A DNA stretch of 64,000 nt, from the NCBI GenBank assembly GCA_017516825.1, contig JAFXBC010000025.1:1328-65327 (forward strand), read 5' to 3'. Positions within the stretch are counted from its first letter, which is position 1, and the number at the start of each line of letters is the position of its first letter. The notes beneath the pieces were generated by a model. It did no database searches and had not been told where the DNA came from. It worked only from the letters and a program-made list of their open reading frames with translations. Position numbers and translations under genes: made by a program. Below, piece by piece: positions 37,476 to 46,929 of the stretch. The stretch comes from Clostridia bacterium. GTDB taxonomy: Bacteria > Bacillota > Clostridia > Oscillospirales > CAG-382.

Positions 37476-38393
37476 ATGACGAAGACCATCACCCTTCAAA
37501 TCAGCTCGTATCTGTCCCACGCCCTTGCAGAAAAGATCGCATGGGCGCAGTGGCATACCACCGACCCCGCTTGGGTCAACAGCGTCCGCCAATCATTATT
37601 CGACGAAGAAGACCCTGCCGCCTGCTTTGACGTGGTGGCAACCCACCAAAACGGGGAAGTGGCGGGGCGATTGCATTGCATCCGTAACCAAACAGACCCT
37701 ACCCTTTGGTATTACGGCGACCTGTTCGTCGTCCCCGCTTACCGCCGTATGGGGATCGCTACGGGGCTGGTAAACGCCGCCAAGACCCGCCTTGGGGAAT
37801 TGGGCGCCACCCGCCTTTGGTGCTATGTGGAGCCGGAAAATACCGCCAGCATCGCTTTGCAACGTTCCTTGGGCTTTACGGAACGCACTTTTGAACCCTT
37901 CAATTCTTTGATCAACGACGGACAGATCCTGTTTGAATGCCCCATCTCTTCTCCCTTTAATCTATTGCCTGCTACGGTTGCGGAAGCCTACTTCGTCTGC
38001 ATTCTGTACGCCCAAAATCGGGAAGCCTTGCACGGCGAGAAGCTTTCGCTCCCCGGGTGGAGAGAGCTTTTGTCGGCAAACGACCCCGACGAAGCCCACT
38101 TTTTGATCTGTAAGGGTGCCCTCCCCGTGGGGTATCTGAAGCTGAACGGCTTGCAAGGGCGGGAAAAGGCTTGGATCAGTATGCTTTGCGTGGCACGGGC
38201 GCATCACCGTACGGGGGTGGGAAGCTACGCCGTCACCCGGGCGGAAGCCATCCTGCGGGAAAAGGGCTTCACCAAGGCAGGCATCCAAACCGCAAAGGAC
38301 AACTACCCCGCCCGTAATCTGTACCGCAAGCTGGGCTATACCGAGACTTTGTCTCCCGACACGGATCGGTGCTTTTACGAGAAATCCATATAA
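37476..38393 (+). CDS. Tandem-GNAT acetyltransferase
   Basis: Two acetyl-CoA-binding stretches, VPAYRRMGIATGL and VARAHHRTGVGSYA. AGGAG RBS before ATG 37476. Confidence 0.8.
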   Translation: MTKTITLQISSYLSHALAEKIAWAQWHTTDPAWVNSVRQSLFDEEDPAACFDVVATHQNGEVAGRLHCIRNQTDPTLWYYGDLFVVPAYRRMGIATGLVNAAKTRLGELGATRLWCYVEPENTASIALQRSLGFTERTFEPFNSLINDGQILFECPISSPFNLLPATVAEAYFVCILYAQNREALHGEKLSLPGWRELLSANDPDEAHFLICKGALPVGYLKLNGLQGREKAWISMLCVARAHHRTGVGSYAVTRAEAILREKGFTKAGIQTAKDNYPARNLYRKLGYTETLSPDTDRCFYEKSI

Positions 38394-38398
38394 CCTCC

Positions 38399-38477
38399 CC
38401 GGAAACGACAGTTTCCGGCAATGGATTTTCCCCGGAGATTCTTAAGAACCTTTCTTCTGAAAAGAAGGGTTCTTAAG
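38399..38477 (+). repeat. Two-hairpin intergenic repeat, copy D
   Basis: Hairpin X CCGGAAACGACAGTTTCCGG (38399-38418), spacer, hairpin Y CTTAAGAACCTTTCTTCTGAAAAGAAGGGTTCTTAAG (38441-38477) plus a T-run. Confidence 0.75.
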
Positions 38478-38545
38478 TTTTTCTCTCTTGACTTCCTTCC
38501 CGGAATGGGGTATACTACCTTCAGAACGAAACAAGAGGTGCTTTT

Positions 38546-39745
38546 ATGCAGTCTTTGCGCTATTTATATCGTATCGGAAGAGGCCCCTCCTCCTCCCACA
38601 CCATGGGCCCCTTGGCGGCGGCAGAACGGTTTTTGAAGGAACACCCCTCCGCAGACGCCTACCGCGTGATCCTCTACGGCTCCCTTGCCAAAACGGGAAG
38701 AGGCCATATGACGGACTTCATCCTGAAGGAGACCTTCGGGGAGCGTGAGTTGGACATCGTCCTGGATTGCGATACCCCCACGGACTTCCACCCCAACACC
38801 ATGGATATCATCGCATACAGCCGCGGTGAGGAGACCGCCCGTGTCCGCTATTACAGCGTTGGCGGCGGCGAGATCCTTGCGGAAGGGGAGCAGTTTGCGG
38901 AGCACGACGAGGTGTATCAATTGAACTCCTTTTCCGAGATCTCCCGCTATTGCCGCGAGAAGGATATCCGCATCTGGCAGTACGTGGAGGAGTGTGAGGG
39001 CAAGGAGATCTGGGAGTACCTTTCCCAAGTGTGGGACGTGATGCAAAACGCCATCAAGGAAGGCCTGGAAGCCCAGGGCATCCTTCATGGCGGCATCGGC
39101 ATCCAGCGGAAGGCACGGTACCTCTACCGCCAGAAGCACATCGACGAAAGCGAGGAGACCAAGACCAACCGCCTTATCTGCGCCTACGCCTACGCGGTGA
39201 GTGAGCAGAACGCCTCCGGCGGACAGATCGTCACGGCTCCCACCTGCGGTGCCTGCGGCGTCGTCCCTGCGGTGTTGAAATTTCTCCAGCCCAAGCGGAA
39301 TTTCACCGGAGAGCAAATTTTGCACGCCCTTGCCACGGCAGGGGTGGTGGGCAATCTGATCAAGACCAACGCCTCCATCAGCGGTGCGGAATGCGGCTGT
39401 CAGGCGGAGATCGGCACGGCCTGCTCCATGGCCGCGGCCGCGGCGGCAGAGCTTTACGAGCTGGATCTTGACCAGATCGAATACGCCGCGGAAATGTCCA
39501 TCGAGCATCACTTGGGGCTTACCTGTGACCCCATTCTGGGTCTGGTGCAGATCCCCTGCATCGAGCGGAACGCCATCGCCGCTATGCGTGCCTTGAACGC
39601 GGTGAATCTGGCGGATTTCTTAGCGGATTCCCGTATGATCAGCTTCGACATGATCGTGAAGACCATGTACGAAACGGGCAAGGATCTGAAGGTCATTTAC
39701 CGCGAGACCTCCGAGGGTGGCTTGGCAAAGCAATTCAAAAAGTAA
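38546..39745 (+). CDS. sdaA: Iron-sulfur-dependent L-serine dehydratase (single chain)
   Basis: N-terminal IGRGPSSSHTMGP and Cys motif CGCQAEIGTACSMAAAA. Confidence 0.9.
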   Translation: MQSLRYLYRIGRGPSSSHTMGPLAAAERFLKEHPSADAYRVILYGSLAKTGRGHMTDFILKETFGERELDIVLDCDTPTDFHPNTMDIIAYSRGEETARVRYYSVGGGEILAEGEQFAEHDEVYQLNSFSEISRYCREKDIRIWQYVEECEGKEIWEYLSQVWDVMQNAIKEGLEAQGILHGGIGIQRKARYLYRQKHIDESEETKTNRLICAYAYAVSEQNASGGQIVTAPTCGACGVVPAVLKFLQPKRNFTGEQILHALATAGVVGNLIKTNASISGAECGCQAEIGTACSMAAAAAAELYELDLDQIEYAAEMSIEHHLGLTCDPILGLVQIPCIERNAIAAMRALNAVNLADFLADSRMISFDMIVKTMYETGKDLKVIYRETSEGGLAKQFKK

Positions 39746-39760
39746 AGAGAGGAGCTTCCT

Positions 39761-41365
39761 ATGGAACAATGGCATAAAGAAGCGGTGGTCTACCAGATCT
39801 ACCCCAAAAGCTACCTGGATACCAACGGGGACGGCATCGGGGATCTGCGGGGCATCATTGATAAACTGGATTATATCAAATCTCTTGGGGTGAATACCGT
39901 CTGGCTTTCCCCCTGTTACCCCTCCCCGGGGGACGATAACGGCTACGACATCTCCGATTATCGGGGCATCGCGGCGGAATACGGCACCCTGGATGAATTC
40001 AAGGAGCTGCTGGAGGGGATGCACTCCCGCGGGATCCGTCTGCTGATGGACCTGGTGGTGAACCACACCTCCGACGAGCATGAGTGGTTTGTAGAGAGCC
40101 GTAAGAGCCGTGACAACCCCTACCGTGACTATTACATCTGGCGGGATCCCGTTGACGGCAAGGAGCCCAACGGCTGGACGGCGGCCTTCGGCGGATCTGC
40201 CTGGGAATACGACGAGACCACCGGGCAGTATTACCTCCACCTGTTCTCCAAGAAACAGCCCGACCTGAACTGGGAAAACCCCAAGGTGCGTCAAGAGATC
40301 GCGGACATGATCAACTATTGGCTGGACATGGGTGTGGACGGCTTCCGTTGCGATGTGATCAACAACATCTCCAAGGATTTTACCCGCCCCTATGCGGGAG
40401 GAAACGGGCCTCGCCTCCACGAGTTTTTGCACGAGCTCCACGTGAAGGCGTTGGAGCCCCACAAAGCCCTTACCGTGGGTGAGACATGGGGACTCTCTCC
40501 CAAACAGGCTCTCGAACTCACGGGAGAAGCCCGCGGGGAATTGACCATGACCTTCCAGTTCGAGCATCTGCTGTTGGGCCGTGTGGGCGGTGATAAGTTC
40601 GACCCCGAGCCCTTGGATAAAAAAGCCTTCGTGGACATCCTCGCCAAATGGGAGGAAGGCCTGAAGGAAGACAGCTATCCCGTGCTGGTGATGGAAAACC
40701 ACGACCAGCCCCGTGCTCTTTCCCGCTTTGGGGACAGGGAGAACTACCCCTACGAAAGCGCTACCATGCTGGCAGCTCTGCTGTACGGTATGCGGGGCGT
40801 GCCCTTTATCTACCAGGGGCAGGAGCTTGGTCTCCACGACCCCACCTTTAACACGCTGGAGGAGTATCGGGACATCGAGACCCTGAACGCCTACGCCGAG
40901 TTGAAGTCCACGGGCAAATGGACCGACGAGGAGCTGCTTGCCAAAATGCAGTACGGCAGCCGTGACTGCGGGCGTGTTCCCATGCCCTGGAACAACGAAA
41001 AAGAGGGCGGCTTCACCACCGGAACCCCCTGGATCAAGACCCAGGCGGACCCGGGCTATACCGTGGCGGAGCAGGAAAATGATCCCAAGTCCGTTTTGAA
41101 CTTCTACCGCAAGCTGTTTGAACTGCGGAAAAACATCCCCGCCCTTGCCGACGGGGAATTCAAGCTCCTTTGGAATGAGGACGACGTCTCCGTCTATACC
41201 CGCACCGCAGAGGGTATTACCGTGTACGTGGTATGCAACTTCAGCGCCGAAAAGAAGGATCTGCCCGATTGCTTCCCCCGCGGCGGCGCCATTTTGCTGA
41301 ACAACTACGACAACGAAAAAGAATGGCTCCGACCCTACCAGGCACTCTGGATCAAAACGAAGTAA
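39761..41365 (+). CDS. GH13 alpha-glucosidase / oligo-1,6-glucosidase-like
   Basis: VVYQIYPKSY..DTNGDGIGDLRGI, DLVVNHTSDEH, GVDGFRCDVIN, VGETW and ENHDQPR. Confidence 0.92.
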   Translation: MEQWHKEAVVYQIYPKSYLDTNGDGIGDLRGIIDKLDYIKSLGVNTVWLSPCYPSPGDDNGYDISDYRGIAAEYGTLDEFKELLEGMHSRGIRLLMDLVVNHTSDEHEWFVESRKSRDNPYRDYYIWRDPVDGKEPNGWTAAFGGSAWEYDETTGQYYLHLFSKKQPDLNWENPKVRQEIADMINYWLDMGVDGFRCDVINNISKDFTRPYAGGNGPRLHEFLHELHVKALEPHKALTVGETWGLSPKQALELTGEARGELTMTFQFEHLLLGRVGGDKFDPEPLDKKAFVDILAKWEEGLKEDSYPVLVMENHDQPRALSRFGDRENYPYESATMLAALLYGMRGVPFIYQGQELGLHDPTFNTLEEYRDIETLNAYAELKSTGKWTDEELLAKMQYGSRDCGRVPMPWNNEKEGGFTTGTPWIKTQADPGYTVAEQENDPKSVLNFYRKLFELRKNIPALADGEFKLLWNEDDVSVYTRTAEGITVYVVCNFSAEKKDLPDCFPRGGAILLNNYDNEKEWLRPYQALWIKTK

Positions 41366-41377
41366 AACGTTGAAACG

Positions 41378-41412
41378 AAAAAATCCTTGCTCATTACGGG
41401 CAAGGATTTTTT
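41378..41412 (+). terminator. Rho-independent terminator
   Basis: ATCCTTGC / GCAAGGAT stem (A/T-extended) followed by TTTTT. Confidence 0.75.
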
Positions 41413-41514
41413 GCGAAAATATCTAAACGAAAACCGCTTTTCCGACATAATATAAGTGAAGGGGTACGAACAAGGCGATTTTTTGAACGAATGGTAAAAT
41501 TTTCTTGTGAAGTA

Positions 41515-41543
41515 TTGACACGAAAAACGGTATTTGCTATATT
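41515..41543 (+). promoter_or_regulatory. SigA-type promoter
   Basis: TTGACA (41515-41520), 17-nt spacer, TGcTATATT (41535-41543). Confidence 0.65.
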
Positions 41544-41674
41544 AAAACTGTAAAAATGCCCAAAACCGTAAGGAGGGGAGTCCAATGGCTCATACAACGG
41601 ATCAGTAAAGCAGGCCCCGTTCTGCTTCCGCACGGATGGAATGTAAATTTCATCCCACCCGAAAGGAGAACCCC

Positions 41675-44600
41675 ATGAAAAGGATCTTATCCGTTTTACT
41701 TGCCGTTTGCACGGTGCTGGCGGCACTGTGCATCCCTCCCGCGCCCGCCGTGGCGCAAAGCACGGAACCTCTTGCTTCCGCTCAAATTGAAGAAGCAATC
41801 ACCCTTCCCGTAGAGGAAGAGCCCATTACCCTTGAAACATTGACGGAAGATTGCAAGATCCTGCAGTACGTGGACGAAGAAGCCTTCGCGGCAGCTGACC
41901 ACGCTTTCCGTCTACCGTATCTGGAAGAATTGGACACTTATGTATTCCAGAATACGGACGGAACACGCAGTATCTACTACCTGTACGAAAACGTAAAATA
42001 TATCGACGAACAGGGCAATATCCGGGAAAAGGATAACACCCTGCAACGGGAGACCAAGGGCTTCCGGATCACGGAAAACGAGTTTGACCTGTTGCTTCCC
42101 CATGCTATCACCGACGGGGTGGAGCTGACCTACCAAGGCTACGACGTGAAGCTGATCCCCGCTACGGAAGGAAAGCTCACTGCAACAGCACTCGGTGCAC
42201 TGCGGGATAACTCCGTGGTGTATGAAAGCTTCTTCGGTGCAGGAACCTCCTTGGTGTATACGCCAATACTTTCCGGTGTGAAGGAAGAGATCATTCTGGA
42301 AGAATACCTCCCGAACAAATCCTTTTCCTTCCTGCTGTATACCGACGGTCTGTTCTTGAACAACACCGACGGAAGCTATATCCTTACCGAGAGCAAAGCT
42401 TCTGCGGAAGCGGTGCTGTACTTAGGCAATATCGTGGTATACGACGCTGTCGGCAGACCCAGCCTTGGCAACCTGACCGTGGAAACGGTAAAGGACGGAA
42501 ACATCTACGCCCTGACCGTTTCGGCAGACGAAGCTTTCTTATCCGATCCCGCTACGGTATACCCCGTTACCATCGACCCGGATATCACCATCTCCGATGC
42601 CAACAACGGCTCCGGTGCCATCGAAGATACGACCTTGTTTAGCGGCACCCCAAACCTGAACACCGGGAACTGGGTGTATAATACTGCCGGCTACGTGGAC
42701 GAAACCTACGGCGCAGGACGTATCCTTGTGCGCCTGCCGGGGCTGTATAACGATGAAGCCTATCAAGGTTTAACCGCAGACCGTATCCTGTCTGCAACCT
42801 TTTATACCACCAAATCCTCCTCCAAGACACCGGATTACGTAAATCTGTATCGTTGTACCGATTATACATGGGGAGAAACCACTGCAACCTGGAATAATGC
42901 CGCGAACCTGTATGCGACAGATGGAAATTTGGGAACGTCTTCCGCATCTTCCTCCGTTGTCGCATTCAACATTACTTCGTTAGCGAAAGCATGGAGAAAT
43001 TATTACTTGGCTCCTTCGGCGGGTTTCATGCTGATCAACCAAAACGAAACGAACGTTAATAAGAAGTTTGGTATCTATGCATCCGAATATAGCGTCACCG
43101 AGAAGCGACCGTACGTTGTATTGAATTATTCCGGAACGATTTGGCTTGATGAGTCTGAAATATCTATAGCCCAAGGGAATACAAGAACTCTCATCGCTAC
43201 CACGGACCCTGCCGGTGGAACGGTGACATGGACTTCCAGCAATGAGGCTGTGGCTACCGTAACTGCCGGTGTGGTAACCGCCAACGCCCCCGGATTTACC
43301 ACGATCACCGCAACATACGTGGATGGCAACGGGCAACCCCATACCGCGGAATGTGTGGTTTTGGTATGGCTACCGAGTGACACTTATACGATCAACAACG
43401 GTTCCCAAAGCAAGCTTCTTCAATTGCCCGTTAACGCCTATACGGAGGGTTCTGCCGTATATGGCACAAACGGCGTTTATAGCGAACAAAATAGGTGGAC
43501 TTATTTTAAGATCAATCATTTGGGCAACGGTGTATACAGCATTCGCTCTATGCTGGACAATTCCATGGGATTGAAACGAAGCGGAAACAGTGTTGTGTGC
43601 GGCTCTATCGGAACAAGCAACAACACCGTTCCGGCTGAAGCCAAATGGGCTTTCGGAACCGATTCCGGCGGGACTTATATTTACAGTTATAACGGCAGTC
43701 ATACCGACGCTCCGCAATATACGTTGATTTGTGCTCCTGTCGAAGCTATGAGTAGCGATTTGTGGTTAGAGAACTATTGTGCGGGAGAGGTTCTGCAATA
43801 TTGGGCAATCACCCCTGTTGCCGCAGATTGCGAAGGCGTGACAATTTGGGAAAAAGTCGACGAGCTTTTGGTAGGCAGATCCTATACGTTTGAAGCTGCC
43901 GTGTATAGCACGAATTTCCACGAGCACGGCGGTAACCCCATTACATGGTCTTTGAAAAGCGGAACGCAATATGCCTCTCTTTCTTCCACAGGAACATTAA
44001 CCGCCACCTCTGCCGGAACTGTAACCGTAAAAGCGACTTACGACCGAGGCGTTGGAGATCCGTACGAGGCCGAGCATACTGTCTACATACTTCCGTTTGC
44101 GGATGGAACTTACCTTATAAAAAACCGCCAGAACAGCATGTATGCGGATGTGGAGCTGGCTTCTAATGAGAGCATTACCTCTGGCAGCGTTGTATGCCAA
44201 TGGGAACGAAATGCCGGCTCAATGCAGGAGTGGTTTGTCTCCTACCATGGAGCAGGATACCATACGATTTCCAAAACGGTCGGTTCTACTGTGTATTATT
44301 GGGGCGTTGCAAACAATTCCCAGAATACGGATACTACCATTGTATTGCGAACTGGTCCGGTTGACGACGGTGCTCTTTGGCGGTTTATACCCACAAACGG
44401 TGCATATAGAGTTGTGCCGAAGCTGGCGGAAGCTCAGACGGGAGAGAGAGCATTGGTAGCCACAACGTCAGATGCCGAAAACGGGCATAGATTAGCTTAT
44501 GGCTACTATGTCGGAAACAACAATAGTTACCGAGATGAATGGTATGTTGTTCTTCCCACGAGAATGGTAGAATCTCGATTGATAGCGCTGGATGAAGGAA

Positions 44601-45187
44601 GTGAATATGCCGACGGCGAAGAATATACAAACAAAGATTTTTTTGAAGCGGTTGGGCAGTACATTTCCACATACGGAGATGTCGCCGTAGATGACGATTA
44701 TCAATCGAGCTTTTCCAAAACGCAAATGAAGAACTATATGTACAATAGTGACGTCTTTGTTTTGCAGACCCATGGGCAAAAAGATGGAATACAGCTTGAT
44801 ACTATACAGAGTTTTTTGCTCATGGAGGATATTGCTCAGCTTGATTTAAGTGAGATGAAGTTGGCAGTACTGCTGACTTGTTACAATGGACAGGATTTTA
44901 ATGCCGCAAATGTTACAAACAATGATCCGCAAAATTTCATGGAGCAAATGTTGTGTTGCGGGGCCGAAACAGTTATTGCTTTTAATGACCCGATTTATGT
45001 CTGGGACTCCAACCCCTTTGTCGTCGAACTATTTAGGTGTATGCTGGAAGAAGAAATGACGGTGCAGGATGCCATTCGCAGAATTGGGGAAAGCGATGAC
45101 TTTACTGCTTTGGCAGATCTGCTTGCAGTTTGTGAGGTTGGCGGAAACGGAAATTTGAACTTGTACGATTACTACTGGGAGGATTGA
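41675..45187 (+). CDS. Large secreted multidomain protein: DNRLRE-like + Big_2 + ricin-B-like + Big_2 + ricin-B-like + C-terminal CHAT/caspase-like domain
   Basis: AAGGAGA RBS plus signal peptide (..APAVA|QS). Big_2-like TWTSSNEAVATVTAGVVTA and ITWSLKSG..GTLTATSAGTVTV. QxW-type repeats (AKWAF, LQYWAI, MQEWFV, ALWRFI). C-terminus has FVLQTHGQKDG (His codon 44771) and LAVLLTCYNG (Cys codon 44879), then GAETVIAFNDPI. Confidence 0.8.
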   Translation: MKRILSVLLAVCTVLAALCIPPAPAVAQSTEPLASAQIEEAITLPVEEEPITLETLTEDCKILQYVDEEAFAAADHAFRLPYLEELDTYVFQNTDGTRSIYYLYENVKYIDEQGNIREKDNTLQRETKGFRITENEFDLLLPHAITDGVELTYQGYDVKLIPATEGKLTATALGALRDNSVVYESFFGAGTSLVYTPILSGVKEEIILEEYLPNKSFSFLLYTDGLFLNNTDGSYILTESKASAEAVLYLGNIVVYDAVGRPSLGNLTVETVKDGNIYALTVSADEAFLSDPATVYPVTIDPDITISDANNGSGAIEDTTLFSGTPNLNTGNWVYNTAGYVDETYGAGRILVRLPGLYNDEAYQGLTADRILSATFYTTKSSSKTPDYVNLYRCTDYTWGETTATWNNAANLYATDGNLGTSSASSSVVAFNITSLAKAWRNYYLAPSAGFMLINQNETNVNKKFGIYASEYSVTEKRPYVVLNYSGTIWLDESEISIAQGNTRTLIATTDPAGGTVTWTSSNEAVATVTAGVVTANAPGFTTITATYVDGNGQPHTAECVVLVWLPSDTYTINNGSQSKLLQLPVNAYTEGSAVYGTNGVYSEQNRWTYFKINHLGNGVYSIRSMLDNSMGLKRSGNSVVCGSIGTSNNTVPAEAKWAFGTDSGGTYIYSYNGSHTDAPQYTLICAPVEAMSSDLWLENYCAGEVLQYWAITPVAADCEGVTIWEKVDELLVGRSYTFEAAVYSTNFHEHGGNPITWSLKSGTQYASLSSTGTLTATSAGTVTVKATYDRGVGDPYEAEHTVYILPFADGTYLIKNRQNSMYADVELASNESITSGSVVCQWERNAGSMQEWFVSYHGAGYHTISKTVGSTVYYWGVANNSQNTDTTIVLRTGPVDDGALWRFIPTNGAYRVVPKLAEAQTGERALVATTSDAENGHRLAYGYYVGNNNSYRDEWYVVLPTRMVESRLIALDEGSEYADGEEYTNKDFFEAVGQYISTYGDVAVDDDYQSSFSKTQMKNYMYNSDVFVLQTHGQKDGIQLDTIQSFLLMEDIAQLDLSEMKLAVLLTCYNGQDFNAANVTNNDPQNFMEQMLCCGAETVIAFNDPIYVWDSNPFVVELFRCMLEEEMTVQDAIRRIGESDDFTALADLLAVCEVGGNGNLNLYDYYWED

Positions 45188-45191
45188 GATT

Positions 45192-46151
45192 ATGAGAAAA
45201 TATTTACTGTGCCTTTTCGTTGTTCTTTTGGCTATTTTGCTTGCCGGTTGTCAAGTAGAGGAAGCGGGCAATAGCGATGCGCCCAACGAAGAAGTCTCCT
45301 ACCCCGTGATCCCCGGGCTGTATGAATGTTACCTGACAGACGAAACCTTGGGATTAGCTTCTAACGAGAATCTTCCCTTGGCTACCAAGCGCCTTTATCC
45401 CGAAGCTTCACGGATCGAGGAATATGCCAAGATTACAGAACTGACCATAAACGGTGTTACCTATCCTTGTGAGTACAAGGATTCACGTTATATGCGTGAT
45501 TTTCGTTCTCCGTATAGGACGCATCGGTATCGTATTGATTGTGCCGGACTTAGGGTTGATGTCACGGTGCGAGATGATATGAGTATTGTGCATTGGTATC
45601 GGTCTGATCAATTCTTGCGAGGGAATTTGCCGGATGTGATGACTTTTGAGCAGGCGGAAAAGCTTGCTTTGGAATACGCCTCACAGGTGATCGATGTGCA
45701 GAAATATGAGTATACTACGTCTATTGGTGAATACGCACCAAGGGAAGGCGAACCATATGAATTATATCGTTTTGCTTTTGACTCAACAGATGATCTAACG
45801 CGTGGAAAAGATCGAGTTTCTATTCATATTACCGCTAAAGGCGATGTATCGCAAGTGTATATCGGTCCAATCGATGTCTACAGCAATGTTCCCGATGACC
45901 TCATTGACGAGGAAAAGCTGGAAAAGACCATGCTGTATTATTTGGAAAAACTCTATCCCTTGTATTACGGGAAAGAGCTTGACGGGCAGTATGAATTTAT
46001 CGAGAGAGATCTTCTGCTTACTCCGGAAGGGGAGTGGGTGCTTCGTAACCGATATGCGTTGGTGAACGGCGCCGAGAAAAAGGGCGTCGAGCTTACAGTC
46101 GTTTTGTTGGATACCAACGCTTCGGGAGATGAATCGTTAGACGTGTCGTAA
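45192..46151 (+). CDS. Lipoprotein of unknown function
   Basis: Lipobox LLAG|C. Starts 4 nt after the upstream stop codon and its RBS GGAGGA lies inside the upstream gene's end. Confidence 0.7.
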   Translation: MRKYLLCLFVVLLAILLAGCQVEEAGNSDAPNEEVSYPVIPGLYECYLTDETLGLASNENLPLATKRLYPEASRIEEYAKITELTINGVTYPCEYKDSRYMRDFRSPYRTHRYRIDCAGLRVDVTVRDDMSIVHWYRSDQFLRGNLPDVMTFEQAEKLALEYASQVIDVQKYEYTTSIGEYAPREGEPYELYRFAFDSTDDLTRGKDRVSIHITAKGDVSQVYIGPIDVYSNVPDDLIDEEKLEKTMLYYLEKLYPLYYGKELDGQYEFIERDLLLTPEGEWVLRNRYALVNGAEKKGVELTVVLLDTNASGDESLDVS

Positions 46152-46198
46152 TCATCTTTGCTTGGCTTTATCAAAAACAGTTAATTCCATAACACACA

Positions 46199-46231
46199 AA
46201 ACCACCGAGTTGCCTCGGTGGTTTGCTTTTT
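46199..46231 (+). terminator. Rho-independent terminator
   Basis: AAACCACCGAG / CTCGGTGGTTT stem followed by GCTTTTT. Confidence 0.8.
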
Positions 46232-46259
46232 GTCATATGCCTTTTTATAAACGAGCCCT

Positions 46260-46928
46260 TCACCCATATATCTCCCCGGAAAGCAGTTCTTCTTCCGTTT
46301 TTTCGGCGCGGCGGGTATGGCTGAGAAGCCAACCGTAGTTTTCCTCGGTGGTATACACCGTGTCCCAGCAGTTGTGATCCAAGTGGGGGTAGAGGATCAG
46401 CTCGCAATGACCGCCCCGCATATTGACGGCCTTTGCCATCTGCAGGCTGTCGATGGGATCCACCACCGTGTCGCAAAGCCCGTGAAAGGTACGTATGGGA
46501 ATCTCCGTCAGACGGGAGGTAAACCAGCAGATCCCGCCGCCGCACACCGGCATAATGGCGGCAAACCACTCCGGGTGAATGCAGGCCAGCTCCCAGGTGC
46601 CGTAGCCGCCCATGCTGTTCCCTGTGAGGTACACCCGCTCCACGTCCACGTAGGGAAGCTCCCGCAAGCTATCGATCCAAGCGATGACAGTTTCCATCAC
46701 CTCGTTCCAATCGTGTACCTGGCAAAGGGGTGCCGCCAAAAGGTAGCCCCTGTCCTGATGCAGCCGCAGGTTGGTGAAGCAGGCGTTCCGCTTCAAAACC
46801 TCAAGATCATTACACCGCGTACCCGCCCCGTGGAGGAACACCACAAGGGGGTATTTTTTAGTCTCCTCAAAGCCTTCGGGGTAAGAGACCACCGTCTGCA
46901 GGCCCTGGAATACTTTTTCTTGATACAT
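46260..46928 (-). CDS. Alpha/beta-hydrolase esterase
   Basis: PLVVFLHGAG, nucleophile elbow GNSMGG, C-terminal HxxW region. Confidence 0.8.
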   Translation of the reverse strand: MYQEKVFQGLQTVVSYPEGFEETKKYPLVVFLHGAGTRCNDLEVLKRNACFTNLRLHQDRGYLLAAPLCQVHDWNEVMETVIAWIDSLRELPYVDVERVYLTGNSMGGYGTWELACIHPEWFAAIMPVCGGGICWFTSRLTEIPIRTFHGLCDTVVDPIDSLQMAKAVNMRGGHCELILYPHLDHNCWDTVYTTEENYGWLLSHTRRAEKTEEELLSGEIYG

Positions 46929-46929
46929 A

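Noticed and set aside
41636-41674. Upstream ATG (41636) as the start of the large secreted protein.
   Set aside because: The AAGGAGA RBS sits immediately before ATG 41675, and the signal peptide begins there. The 13 extra residues (MECKFHPTRKENP) would bury the RBS inside the coding sequence.
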